NCBI RefSeq assembly: GCF_001194135.2
Contig: NC_068981.1
Coordinates: forward strand, 36,030,759-36,094,758
Source: Octopus bimaculoides
Taxonomy: Eukaryota
Reading direction: 5' to 3'
Length of the DNA stretch: 64,000 bases
In this document: in pieces, positions 51,095 through 64,000 of the stretch
Numbering within the stretch: the stretch's first letter is position 1
How the letters are laid out: the number at the start of each line of letters is the position of its first letter
Position numbers and translations under genes: made by a program
The notes under the pieces: generated by a model
The model's input: the letters and a program-made list of their open reading frames with translations, nothing else
Databases searched by the model: none
Told to the model about the DNA's origin: nothing

Positions 51095-54000
51095 TGCTTT
51101 TTGTAAGTGTTTCAATACAAAGCTGTGACATCTGAGTATTAATTGTCACTGAGGTTTCAGTAAAAACATCAAACTGAACAATGCTATGAAAAGTCACCAT
51201 TATCACCATCATGATGATGTATTTTTGCATCATCATCATCAGCAGCAGCATCTAAATCACCCAGTTGTCAGTTTACCATTCAATGCTAGCATGTATTAGA
51301 CTTGCTTAATATCATAATGTTAATTCTATGAATAAAGCGAAACAATTCTACAAAGTTCTTCATTTGCATAACTGTTGCATTAAAGTTGATGGTTTCCTTA
51401 AATCTCATTTGCTGAACAATAGCAAAAGATTATGTATTTTGACAATACTATCTTCCATTCTGAATATTTATGTTGCTTACCCCATTTCTTTCTTTCTTTG
51501 TTTTCTACTCTTTCTGTCATTCACTCTTTCCTTTTTGCTTTCTCATATTATAGATGGAGTAAAAACACATACACAGACAATTGATAATAGAAGCCTGTTC
51601 AATCAACTGAAATAGGATGGATTACTTTAGATGAAAATGGAAAAACCTTTGTTGAGGGGTGGTTGTGTCAGTCATGCATTTCTCTTGTCCAGATGTTTTT
51701 AACTACTCTACTACAGCACATTTATGTGTTATGTGTAGCCTATAAGCATTTCATGATTTTCTTTTTAGATGAGCCGGAAAATGTGAAACTATTTTGGAAG
51801 CTGAAGTGTTTTTTTAACACACAGTGCCAGCATCAAATGTAATTTATTGTTGCTAAGTCAGATATAAGCACCCACCATTGTCTTAAAGGCAATTTTAATA
51901 CTCATTCTGTTTATAATAAGCAAAAGAAAATTTCTGCCTTGGGAAAAGAAATGGTGTTGTAAGTTTACTCAGGCACTTAACAGAACAGATTATGTAAGCA
52001 CTTGGAGTGATGATTTATAGAATGGAAATTTATTCCAAAATTATCCAAATATCACATTAAATATAAAGAAAGTGGAATATATAGCCTAACATCTGACAAA
52101 AACATCACGTTTGATGACTTATGAATGTGGTTTGCTCCACATATATAGATTTAATTTTGACACTGTTATTTTGGCATATATGTTGGAGCTTCATGATTTC
52201 TATATTGGGCATCACTTTTCAGGGTACCATGACACTCTCATGCAGTCTTCAAATGAAGCAGACTAAATCTTATTCCAGATAATACCAACAATCTTTTTTA
52301 TTCCTTTAAAATAATGAGAGCAGGACGAGATGAAGAAATGTATCATATGAATCACTTTGACTTGTGTGAGAATTAAAATGACCAAATACAGACTGCTATA
52401 GTCATAGATAATGTTAACAGTATAGAGGTCCAATGGCAGGCTTATAGATTCACAAATTGTTCATTATGTATTTGGATAGTACATCTAAGATTATATACTT
52501 ATTCTCACCTAACAGTAACAGAGAACATAACTGGCTGAACAGTGTTCTGTCTGGGCATCAACAGTTCATATTCTCTTGCCAGTACTATACTGTGTCTATA
52601 GCTAAGATTTTAACAACTGTCTTTCAATGGCCAAGTTCACATTGACCATAACTATGTTGTTTAACCCAGAGGAGACCAAACAAAGTGGGTGTGTAATCAA
52701 GAGTACTCGAGTCATGATAATCTTGTCATTTTATTCAAGTATTATGCATGTTGGACTGCATTATATCCAATATGCCCTCTTTATTAAGGTGGTAGGTGTG
52801 CTTTCAACAAAAGAATTTGGCTGCTATTTCTTGCACATCAAACAATCAGTAGAGACTTTCTCACAAGCATGTACAACTGTATGTACTGCATGGTGATATA
52901 ACTCTATTAGGAACATTAATAGCAGCAGCAGTGGGGAAATGATGAGTAGTACATTGGATGAGTAGCTCATTGGCAAGTACTTTTCTTCCTGGAAGAAAAG
53001 GGATGCACTAAGGGAAGATTGATCCTTGATGCCTTTAATGCTACATGAAATTGGAAATAAGCACTGACCAATGAATTCAATAAATACTGGCTTTTAGAGA
53101 AGTTAGATTTTTTGTATTAAAACATTCTATATTGCAAATTGTGAATAATATTAAATTTGGTAACAGGTTTCTAGTAGGCCACTTGCTGGTTTACTGCATT
53201 TTTTGTAGGGAAAATGACAAAAGAGCATCTACAATTTGGTGGAGTACTAAATTCCATTTATAAGGCTTTGGCTTACTAAATCTATCATAGAAGACACTTG
53301 TCAGTGGCACCACACATCAGAATGAGACACAAAACCACATAATAAAGAAATGGAATTCTAAACCACCCAGCCATGCTTAAAACATCCAACAAGTCAGTCT
53401 GCGTTGAATTTCTAGCTAGCTGCAATTATTGTATTACTATTTCATACCATATTGTCTTAATACTTCAGTATTAATATATGATATTCTATTTCAAAAATAT
53501 AATTCAGAATTTGTTGAAGAAGATTCCAATGTTTCATTTGGCTACTACATAGATGCTCTCTCTCTCTCATTATCTTGATAACTATTATCAATTATACGAA
53601 TTCCAGACTATATACCATCATATAATATTTCATACTTATAAATGCAAAAGATTTTTGAAATACTACTTTAGAAGGTGAGAGATTTGCTAATTAGAGTCGT
53701 AAATATTTGCTTATAACCTGAAGCTACCTGTATCTAAAATATAACTTTCTTGCACTGTACTTCAAAGAAGTATTTATGTCATAATATATCATATATAGAA
53801 AAGTCTAATTTTGTTGATATTGTTGCTTTTATTGTCATTGTTATTATTTATTTTTTAAAAAATTTCTAACTCTTGGTTCAGTGCATTTCATATTCTCATT
53901 GATGTTGATATAACTTTATCTGAAATTGCTGAACATAAAAGGATTTTAATTTAAGAGCATGCATATTAATGTGTTAAGTTTTGCTTGTTTATGTGCTTAT

Positions 54001-54562
54001 GCATGTATGTTTATTATATTTTCATTATACTATATTTTGTATATATTTCATATATATTGAATATATTTTATAAATGGTGTATATATTTTGTATGTATTGT
54101 ACTATATTCATCATATATTATGTAGATTGTATATATAACATACATTTATTATAGTCATTATGTGTATATTATCCATGTTTTACATATTGCATATATTATG
54201 AATAATCTCTCTGCTCTGTGTGTGTGTGTGTATGTGTACATGCATGCATGTGTGCATGTGTGTGTGTGTATCACTACAGATATTAGGATGCATTCTGATA
54301 TATTTATGTGCTTTATATGCTAAATGAATTCATTTATGTTGCACATGTGAGTTAGTAGTATGTGGCATATATGTAGATGTGTAGTTTCAATCATTAAACA
54401 AATTTATTAACATATATGTGCATGTGTGTAAACATATTTGTGTATGTATGTATATATGTGTGTTTGTGTGTGTGTGTGTGTGTTACATTACATTATATTA
54501 TATTTTTCTCTACTTTCAGCATTGAGGCCTTTATAACTATGGCTGGCAGTGAAGTATTAGAG

Positions 54563-54603
<41 letters not shown>

Positions 54604-55233
54604 CATATATACACACACACATAAGTATATTTGTGTGTGTGTGTGTAGTTTCAATCACTATGTTGCGTGTGATCGAATGGCTATAACAACATAGGTAAGG
54701 AAGTGGTGAAATGGATTAATTGACAGCTTTTTAGTAGATTTAAATTCAGGGGATGGAAGTGGTGGTGGAGAAAATTTATGCATTTCACTCCAATTTAATA
54801 TATATAATCATATGGCAAATAGAGAAAAGCGAGTGAGTATGTGTGTAGTGAATATGGCTGTATGTGGTTAAGAGATAAATAGAGTGGGAGAATGTAAAAA
54901 TGACAGAGAGCAAGAGAACGAGAGCAAGGGAGGAGGTTGTAGGGGGACTTGTTGCATAGATTATGGACTCTGAGTGTTTACATTTATAAAGTAGCAACTG
55001 AGCCAACTTGGTTCTTAACACTTCTGAAAGCCTACCATTAAAAGATAAGCAGATATAAGCTAACACCATAAAGTAAATGGCATCAAAAGAAAAGAGGAAG
55101 CAGGGTGATAGATAGATAGATCAATAGGTTGATAGATAGATGGATAGTTAGATAGACAGATAGGGTAAAGAGAGGACGGGGAAAACAGGCATGTGAAACA
55201 AGACTGACTAGAAGGAACTTGAAAGAAGCAGAA

Positions 55234-55304
<71 letters not shown>

Positions 55305-56388
55305 TGTAGGGGTGGGAAGAAGAAACTTAAAAAAAACAACTTCTCATATTAAATTGATTAATGCTTCTAGCAATGAAATGAAATGAAAGAAAACGAAAAA
55401 ACTGAAAACTACAACATAATATTAGAATGTGAAAAAAAACAACAAAACCAAAAACATAAGTTAAAATGGATTGAGAAATATGTCTATGTCCTTCTCTGTG
55501 TGCATAGTGTGTATATATGATTACATGTGTATGTGTATATGCCTGCATTACTGTGTGTGCACAGTCATATATATATATATATGTATGTATATATATCTAT
55601 GAACATGTGCATAAATACACACACTCTATCTACATACATATACATATATATGTGTGTGTGTGTGTATACATACACACACATACACACGTGGATACAGGTG
55701 TTTGTGTGCATGTGTGAGAGAGGGTGGTAGAAGTGTGAAGAAAATGAAATTTATGAAAAAAATAAAAGTCAGTTAAAAACAGCTAAAGATAAGAGCAATC
55801 AAACTAGCAAGTGAGATGAAAGAGTCAAAGTTAACAAATGTGTTGACTGGCTTTGTGGGGAGGTGGGGCCAGGATAATGGATAAAGTAAAAGGAACTAGG
55901 AAAAAATATTAATGGCTGAAAAAAGAGATGGATACTGAAAATATTGGAACATATTGATAGAAACAGAGAGAATATTAGATACATATTCAGTGATAGAAAG
56001 ATAGATAGATGCTCATGTTGATAGTCTGACAAAGATACTCGTACAAGATAGTGTGTGTGTGTGTGCATATATATATATATATACATATATATAATGCAGG
56101 TATGAAAATTCATGCACATATATGTATACCCAAGTGTGTATCCCGATTTTAGAATAGGTACACTATGTCCTTGTGTGTCATAAGAAGGATGGTATTAAAA
56201 AGAGCATCTGACAATAAAATGCTGCTTCAGAAAACACAACCCTGCCCATGCTGTGATGGAATGTAAGCACAAAACAATGATGATTATGATATTTACACAC
56301 ACATATGCACTCTCTCTCTCGCATGCACACACACACACACACACACACACATTTAAAAAAACTTTTTTGCTTATTTTAGTCATTAGAC

Positions 56389-56438
<50 letters not shown>

Positions 56439-56894
56439 TAGATATACATACACACACACAAATATACATACATATATATATAGTTATAGGCATTGAATGC
56501 AGAAGATGTGTGCATGCTCTGCTGAATATGTAATGTCAGCATGCATGAATGACAGTGTGCTGGTGAGCTGAGTGAAAAAACATGCTTTTTAGAGGAATCA
56601 ACTGTATTGCACAAAAGAAAAGATTGCACTGTTACAGACAAATAATGAGGATGATGAAACAGTTAGGTGAAAAAGCATTAAAGTGAAAATGCAAGAGGAC
56701 GATGTTGGAAGAGTAGTATGATTTCATCTTAAGATGTTGACTAGTGAATGAAGAAGGACTACAATAGAATGACAATGGGCCATCATAGGTGGTGAGCACT
56801 GCATCTCTTAGCTTTCCCCATTGGAAATTTGTCATCACTTTGTTGAAATATCTCCTCTCTCTATGAATGTGTATGCAATTATGCATGTGTGTGA

Positions 56895-57048
56895 TGGCTG
56901 TATGGTTAAGGAGCTCATTTTGCGATCATAGGATTTCAGGTTCAGTGTCACTGTGCTGCACTTTGGGTAAGTACATACAAAGTCCCAGGCCAATAATGTA
57001 GTGTGAGTAAATTTGATAGATGGGAACTGTGTGAGAGCCCACCATATA
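56895..57048 (+). mobile_element. SINE family A head; its TA tail is the Tc1 insertion site
   Basis: GGCTGTATGGTTAAGGAG...GGTTCAGTGTCACTGTGCTGCACTTTGGGTAAG...GGGAACTGTGTGAGAGCCCACC, then TATA-CAGGGG. Confidence 0.7.
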
Positions 57049-57995
57049 CAGGGGTTGGACAAAATAATGGAAACATCTAGCACCATAGCATCATAATTTT
57101 GAAATATCTATAAAACCATCAAAAGCTTGTTTATTTTTATGTTTTTCAATTTATCATTAGTGTTGTTTAATATGTTTTGTTAAAACAGCGGTTTCTTTTC
57201 AGATATCATCATAAAAAGGTAATTAAATTCATTAAAATGACAAATCTATCGGATTTTCAAAGAGGTCAAATTATTGGTGCTCATATGGCAGGCACTAGCA
57301 TAATGAAAACAGCTGAAATGTTTGGTGTATCAAGAAGTACTGTCTTGAAAGTAATGACAGCCTTTGAGAAAGAGGCAAAAACCTCCTCGTCAAAATAAAA
57401 CTCCGGAAGAAAACCAAAACTTTCAGATAGGGACTGTGGACTCTTACACAAATAGTTAGAATTTGGAGAGAGCCAAAAGAAGCATTTGACCCAGACTGCT
57501 TTCTACCAACTGTTAAAATTACTGCAGAGCTTAATGACTACCCTGAGAACCTAGTTTCCACAAAAACTCTTCACTGGGAGCTGCACAAAGCCAGATTTCA
57601 AGGGAGTGCTGCAATCAGAAAACCACTTCTTTCAAAAACAAATGCCGTAAAGCTTTTAGAGTGGAGTAAAAACCTCCAGAATTGGTCCCCAGAGCAGTGG
57701 CAGAATGTTATTTTCTCGGACAAGTCATCCTTTACCCTATTTCCACTCACCGGCTGAGTATACATGTAGTGACAGCCAAAAGAAGCATTCGAGCCTTCTT
57801 CTAGCTGTTAAACATGTAGGAGGATCTGTGATGATCTGTGGGGCTATATCTTGGAAATCCACCAGCCCAATGGCAGGATTAATAGTCAAGACTATTTAAG
57901 CATTTTATCTGGTCAAATTCATCCTATAGTTGCAGAACTGTTTCTGGAGGGAAACGCAATCTTTCAGGATGACAATGCACCAATTCACACAACTA
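57049..57995 (+). mobile_element. 3'-truncated copy of the same Tc1 family as 30410-31660
   Basis: TA plus left TIR CAGGGGTTGGACAAAATAATGGAAACA. Peptides MTNLSDFQRGQIIG, GGSVMICGAISW and IFQDDNAPIHT. Breaks off after D2; no right TIR. Confidence 0.93.
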
Positions 57996-58358
57996 AATAC
58001 ACATGTATACCGCCAAAGGGCTTGATCACTTGTCAATGTCTCCATGAGGTCCAATGCTTGAATGGTCCTTTTTACGAGCCACTGGGATGGATGCCAGTCA
58101 GATGGCACTGGCATTGGCCATGACTATTATTTCACTTGGTTCAACAGGTTTTCGATTATATGTATTCAGTCAGTAGTTAGCCCTTTGAGAGGATGCCACT
58201 TTTAACCATTTTTGAATAAGACAATCACACAACCACAACTTCAACCACCGTTATAACTGGAATTTTGGTGGCACACCGTTTTTGAGCACTCAGAACACAT
58301 ACCTATTCATTTGAGTCATCCTGACAAAAACTCTTCATATCCTCTCTCTATATGTATT

Positions 58359-58406
<48 letters not shown>

Positions 58407-59301
58407 NNNNNNNNNNNNNNNNNNNNNNNNNNNNNNNNNNNNNNNNNNNNNNNNNNNNNNNNNNNNNNNNNNNNNNNNNNNNNNNNNNNNNNNNNNNNNN
58501 NNNNNNNNNNNNNNNNNNNNNNNNNNNNNNNNNNNNNNNNNNNNNNNNNNNNNNNNNNNNNNNNNNNNNNNNNNNNNNNNNNNNNNNNNNNNNNNNNNNN
58601 NNNNNNNNNNNNNNNNNNNNNNNNNNNNNNNNNNNNNNNNNNNNNNNNNNNNNNNNNNNNNNNNNNNNNNNNNNNNNNNNNNNNNNNNNNNNNNNNNNNN
58701 NNNNNNNNNNNNNNNNNNNNNNNNNNNNNNNNNNNNNNNNNNNNNNNNNNNNNNNNNNNNNNNNNNNNNNNNNNNNNNNNNNNNNNNNNNNNNNNNNNNN
58801 NNNNNNNNNNNNNNNNNNNNNNNNNNNNNNNNNNNNNNNNNNNNNNNNNNNNNNNNNNNNNNNNNNNNNNNNNNNNNNNNNNNNNNNNNNNNNNNNNNNN
58901 NNNNNNNNNNNNNNNNNNNNNNNNNNNNNNNNNNNNNNNNNNNNNNNNNNNNNNNNNNNNNNNNNNNNNNNNNNNNNNNNNNNNNNNNNNNNNNNNNNNN
59001 NNNNNNNNNNNNNNNNNNNNNNNNNNNNNNNNNNNNNNNNNNNNNNNNNNNNNNNNNNNNNNNNNNNNNNNNNNNNNNNNNNNNNNNNNNNNNNNNNNNN
59101 NNNNNNNNNNNNNNNNNNNNNNNNNNNNNNNNNNNNNNNNNNNNNNNNNNNNNNNNNNNNNNNNNNNNNNNNNNNNNNNNNNNNNNNNNNNNNNNNNNNN
59201 NNNNNNNNNNNNNNNNNNNNNNNNNNNNNNNNNNNNNNNNNNNNNNNNNNNNNNNNNNNNNNNNNNNNNNNNNNNNNNNNNNNNNNNNNNNNNNNNNNNN
59301 N
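58407..59301. other. Largest assembly gap; others at 1295-1401, 6403-6935, 9900-10120, 32077-32234, 36611-36620, 48369-48547 and 50019-50223
   Basis: N runs, mostly flanked by (TA)n or (TG)n tracts. Confidence 0.99.
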
Positions 59302-59335
<34 letters not shown>

Positions 59336-62300
59336 GATATGTGTGTGTGTGTGTGTATGTGTGTGCATGTGTATGTGTATATTCCCAGCAGAATCATTTC
59401 CATGATGATTCTGATGGGAAGAGTGAATAATAATAGCATGAAGTAAGGTAATAGATGTATGAACAATAAATTCTTTGAGAGAGAGGGGGGAGGGGGAGAG
59501 AGAGAAAGAAAAAGAGATCGACAGAATAAATGAGATAAGAGGAAATTAGGGATTAGAGGGAGAGGGTCTATATAAGAAAAAGAAATACTGAAAGTGCATG
59601 AGTAGAATTAACATTTCCATTGCTTTACAGGAAGTTTCTGGAAAATGAAATTGAAAGTAAAAAAAACAATGAAAAAAAGAAAGAAAATCCCCATCATTTA
59701 GCAAATGGAAGAAGCTATTCTCCCAATTAGTTTTGAGTAAAGTCATGGAGAATATATTGTCACTGCACTAAAACTTAGCTTACACAAACAACAACAACAG
59801 CACAATCATAGGTAATGGGAAAAGCAGCAGCAGTAGCAGCAACAGCAACAGCAGATATAAATTAATAGAATTAACAGTGGTTCACAATCTATAACAAAAG
59901 TGTGATTGCTGTTAGGTAAATGCTATTATTGTTTAACTGCAAGTCAGCTCTGATACAATGTATCTATGATCAAAAGCATTCCAGTTGTGACCATCCTGTC
60001 TTTTTATGCATTTAGGACTATATTGTTGAATGTATCCTTTTTTGCAGACCATATGGTGTGATTTGAGGAAGTTTTGTTTATTAGTACTAGTAAGCTGAGA
60101 CAGTATAATACGCCTCTTTTGTTGGTTCATATAGTAAAGGTATTCTAAGTTATGTGTTTAAACCTTACTATGGAGTGTTTGTTGTCTCTCAGTTCCTAAT
60201 ACATGACTGACAGACAGAAAAAGTTCTACCACTTTTGCGAAGAAGAATTGTGGTAGTTGTAAAGATCTATACTTAAAAAGTTATTCTAGCCATAACAGTC
60301 CTATCTCTTGTTTTATCTTTTTTTTTTGGGGGGGGGGGGCATAATATAACCTGGGAGAATTTTATGCAATGTATCCTTCAATTTTAAGACAGTGGCATGT
60401 GGTTAAAAGCTTTGGCTGCTATTACTACAATATTGAGAAACTATAAATATAACTCCCTGATCAGCTTTAGTGAGGAATAGTTGTTGGGAGAGGAGAGATG
60501 GAGTTGTGAAAATGATTGCTCTATTTAAAAGCTATCCTCAATAATGTTAACAAGGAATATTAAACAGAGAAGAAAGTGAATTGATCAATTGATCAAAGTT
60601 GCTGTTGAGCTGAGATTGTGTATCAGGTTTGATTCCCAGTTTATGGGGTTATTTTATACCACTTCCATCACTAATGTGCATGAGAAAAGACTGAAAATCA
60701 AATTCTTCTTTCAGTATGAAAACTTGTACCATTAAATATTATTAGAGACAGGGTGTAGTTAATTGTCTTTTTGTCTTTTTTGACAACTTTCTTATATAAA
60801 ACATTGTTAATCAACCCAAAGAAACTTTATTAATGTTATGAGCTAAATGAAAACTGTCTAATAGACGATGGTTAGCCTTAAATGAATGTAACTGGCATTG
60901 AATGTTTGATGCACAGTAGTAGAAAAAACAGAGACAAAATACTGATAACACAGGGGTAAAAGAGTTTGTGATTTGATTTTGATGTTGAAGTTGAAACCAA
61001 TTTGCGTTATTTCTAAGACAACAAGCAGGCATAATCGTTAGAGTATCAGGAAAATACTTTGCAGTTTTAGTTCTGGCTTACTACCTTTAAGTTCAAATCC
61101 TAAGAGGTCAACTTTGCTATTCACATCCTTTCAAAGCTGATAAAATAAAGTAACTTGCAAGTACTGGGGCTGATGCTGTCAACTAATCCCCTCTGCTCAA
61201 AACTGCTACCCTTATATCTAAATTAGCAGGTTTAAACAACTCGAGACTGGAAAGTACATTAAAAATATATAGATTAAGTATATCTACTCGAGGTGAGTCT
61301 TACAGATTAAAAACTAAGGCCTATTCAGTAACCTTTCCACAACACTATGACACCTATGTCTGTGCAAGGACTTCAGTAGTTAGTCAAAGAAACAAATCAA
61401 TAGTCTTTCATGAAAAGATTGTCCTGGCACTCCTTGCAGTATTTGAGTTGTTCTCTCAACAAACTCCAACTAAGTAATACTGATTTATGTGTTTCTCACC
61501 CCAGTCTTTATTGATTCTTAATCTATTCTACTGACAGCCTATACACTATTGATTATGATTAATTTATCTTTTTGCAAGCCTATATATTATTGCAAATATA
61601 AACTAAATAAATAAATTTCTTCTTACCACCGCTGTTATTGCTGATGTTGTTTTCTTTATCCTCAACATTAAATTACTATTTCTTGTCAGCAAAATACCTA
61701 GAAAATTTATTTTTTGAAAAAATGTTGTCTAATTTTTATTTTTACATAATTTTGTCAGAATTTAGTTGCATGAAAGTTTAGCATACATATGTATATTTGT
61801 ATTCATGCATATATATATATATTTGTATGTATGCATATATATATATATATAAATACACACATATATATATAAGTACGTATATGTATATATGATATATATG
61901 CATATGTATATAAGCATGCTGGTTTTTAAGCATCGTGTGAGTTTTCAACAGAACTAACTACACATGTATATACAAGTATGTGCTTAGTTAAATCATGACA
62001 GCTCAACAAACTGAAAGGTGAAACTCAGAGTATTAGTGAAATTTTACATTGCATTAAATATCATCTCTCTATCTCTCTCCACACACACACACACAAATAT
62101 ATATGTATATATTTATGTATACACACACACATATATATATATATATAGCCTATATATATAACCTATTGAATTTTTGTTGCTTTACTTCAAATTTTATTCA
62201 CCAAATCTCTTGATTTTGATTTTGGTTTTGACCCTACCAAATTCTGGTGCCTCAAACATTTCAAGTACCACATTTAATCTTTTGATTAAATCTATATTAT

Positions 62301-62344
62301 ATATATGTATATATATGTATATATATATGTGTATGTATGTATGT

Positions 62345-62565
62345 GTTTGTGTGTCTGTGTTTGTCCCCCCAACATCGCTTGACAACCGATGCTGGTGTGT
62401 TTATGTCCCCGTAACTTTGCGGTTCGGCAAAAGAGACCGATAGAATAAGTACTAGGCTTCTAAAGAATAAGTCCTGGGGTCGATTTGCTCGACTAAAGGC
62501 GGTGCTCCAGCATGGCCGCAGTTAAAAGACTGAAACAAGTAAAAGAGTAAAAGAGTAAAAGAGTA
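62345..62565 (+). mobile_element. Young SINE family B copy with (GTAAAAGA)n tail
   Basis: CpG-rich, GCTTGACAACCGATGCTGG...GCGGTTCGGCAAAAGAGACCGATAGAATAAGTAC...GGCGGTGCTCCAGCATGGCCGCAG, tail repeated about 3 times. Confidence 0.88.
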
Positions 62566-62599
62566 TATATAAATATATATATATATAGTGGAAAGAGTT

Positions 62600-63520
62600 G
62601 GTATACAAAAGCATGTGGTTTGATGTATAAAAACAAAATAGAATGAAAATCTATGAAATACTTGTATTATATGGTTAAAGAATATATTTAAATAATGTTA
62701 GGAAAATATTATAAAATTTTGTGTGTAGTGACATTGTTTTTGGAGAAATAACTGGTTTCGTATTTTCTTTTCAAATTTCTCAAATTTCTTTATTGATATT
62801 GTGTCATCTCTTCGCTATGGTGTGATATAGGAGAGTTCCAAACAGGGGGAAGTAATCAGGGATTTTTTCGGTATAAGGAAGATAATCAAAAATGTTGGGA
62901 ATGATTGGGTTTTATAAATTTAACATGATTCGGTTTTGATTGAATAAAATGTTAGAAGTGGTTAAGTTTTGCTTTATATTTTTCAATGAGGTAAGTTTCC
63001 TTATTTAAAAATGCTAGAAATGATTAAGTTTTAGCTTATATTTTTCAATGAGGTAGGTTTTTTTTATTTAATCTAACTTGTGTTGGTGTTCCAATGGCAT
63101 ATTGATAAAATGGAAAGATTACAAATTGTGGTAGCAGTTGCTTTGCACATCTCTCAATGTGTTAGTTAGAAGGTATCATTCTGTATTCTGGGAATGCAAT
63201 CTGCTGTCGGTGCAGAGTGCATCTACATCTGAGTGATAATCCCGCAGACCCTATGTAGTTTTGGTGGCAGCCTGAGCATCTTATAATGTAAATCAGGTTT
63301 TCTGAGGCACAAGTAAAATCAGATTTGATTTTGAATTTTTGTCCCTCTTTAAAAAGGAATTCTGATCCTTCAAGAAAGTTTGGACATGTTGCACAATTTG
63401 CTTCTTTGATGTATCTAGTTAAAAATGTGTGTTTCACATTTTTACTGGAAGTATGCTACTTTCATTTCTGTTTGGTGCATTTGTTTTTCTTTTTGTTTTT
63501 CTCTACTGGAAATGACCTAT
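62600..63520 (-). mobile_element. Penelope-like element 3' fragment: GIY-YIG endonuclease remnant and 3' terminal region
   Basis: ORF 63162-63437 NCATCPNF...FTCASENLIYIIRCSGCHQNYIG...LRCRCTLHRQQI has the upstream CxxC, the xIY-YIG core and CxxC. It continues after a frameshift as HIERCAK...FVIFPFY...YLIEKYK.KLN. Confidence 0.9.
62743..62781 (-). ncRNA. Minimal type I hammerhead ribozyme candidate with a U3-A8 core
   Basis: Minus strand: GAGAAAT-TTGAAAA-G-AAAATA-C-GAAA-CCAG-T-T/ATTTCTC. Perfect 7-bp stem I, 1-bp G-C stem II with a hexaloop, near-palindromic helix III (ACCAGT), GUU triplet. Confidence 0.6.
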
Positions 63521-64000
63521 GTGTTGATGATATTCATTTGAATGTGTGGAGCCATTTGACAATCCTTGTTCCTTACAGAAATCATTAAAAATCCAGACTA
63601 CGGTAATATAACAGGCTACTTTCAAACTACTCTCACATACCAGTTACATAGTAAAACAAAAATTTTTTTAGGCTATTACTGTAACTGCAATATATTGGAT
63701 GGTATGCAATGAGGAGATATAATAAACTGACAAGTAAAAGGAAATGTTTAATTTATTTTCCTCTCCAGAGGATAAAGGAAGACATCTGTCAAGAGTTAAA
63801 AAATAAAACATTAAATAAAAGAACAAGAAGGGAACTAAAGAAGAGCGAAGTTAATTCTGGAGTAAAATATTTGACTTAATTGAGTTGGTGAATAATAAAG
63901 ACAAAAATATAAAAAAAAAGTCATCAAAACCAATAAATATAACAAACATTGATAGAAAGGAAAGAAGCTACCCCCACCCTTCTTCTCTGACTATCTGCTT

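Noticed and set aside
58311-59466. Long ORFs (341-372 aa) and similar ones at 6338-7036, 9657-10232, 48272-48645 and 49785-50271
   Set aside because: They are open only because they run through Ns and TA/TG repeats.
61230-61292. 63-nt phase 1-1 exon candidate ending in GAG|GTGAGT; also the CAG|GTAAGT donor at 46400
   Set aside because: Poor polypyrimidine tracts upstream and unrecognisable peptides; expected by chance in 64 kb.
1-64000. CRISPR arrays, rRNA, genuine tRNA genes, prokaryotic operons
   Set aside because: None seen. The tRNA-like A/B boxes belong to SINE heads, and no repeat-spacer periodicity was found.

Overview
AT-rich, microsatellite-saturated animal genomic DNA with 8 N-gaps. 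The repeat families resemble those I associate with Octopus/coleoid cephalopod assemblies (inference, not database-checked). No complete host ORF is present, and almost all ORF-track entries are microsatellite or gap artefacts. Transposon debris is the clearest content: one full-length dead Tc1/DD34E element (30410-31660) and a truncated sister copy (57049-57995), RTE, RTE-X and CR1/Jockey-like LINE 3' fragments, three Penelope-like (GIY-YIG) remnants, Tc1-type and piggyBac-type MITEs, a foldback element with a telomere-like core, and many copies of about 5 SINE-like families. A few short, phase-compatible plus-strand exon candidates suggest the window is mostly intron of an unidentified gene (low confidence). 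Main leads: (1) each Penelope remnant carries a sense-strand minimal hammerhead-like motif, two with a compensatory U3-A8 core in place of C3-G8; (2) a minus-strand recursive-splice-like AG|GTGAGT site with a 33-nt stop-containing cryptic exon; (3) a frameshift shared by both Tc1 copies, suggesting a defective lineage spread in trans. All alignments and folds were done by eye.
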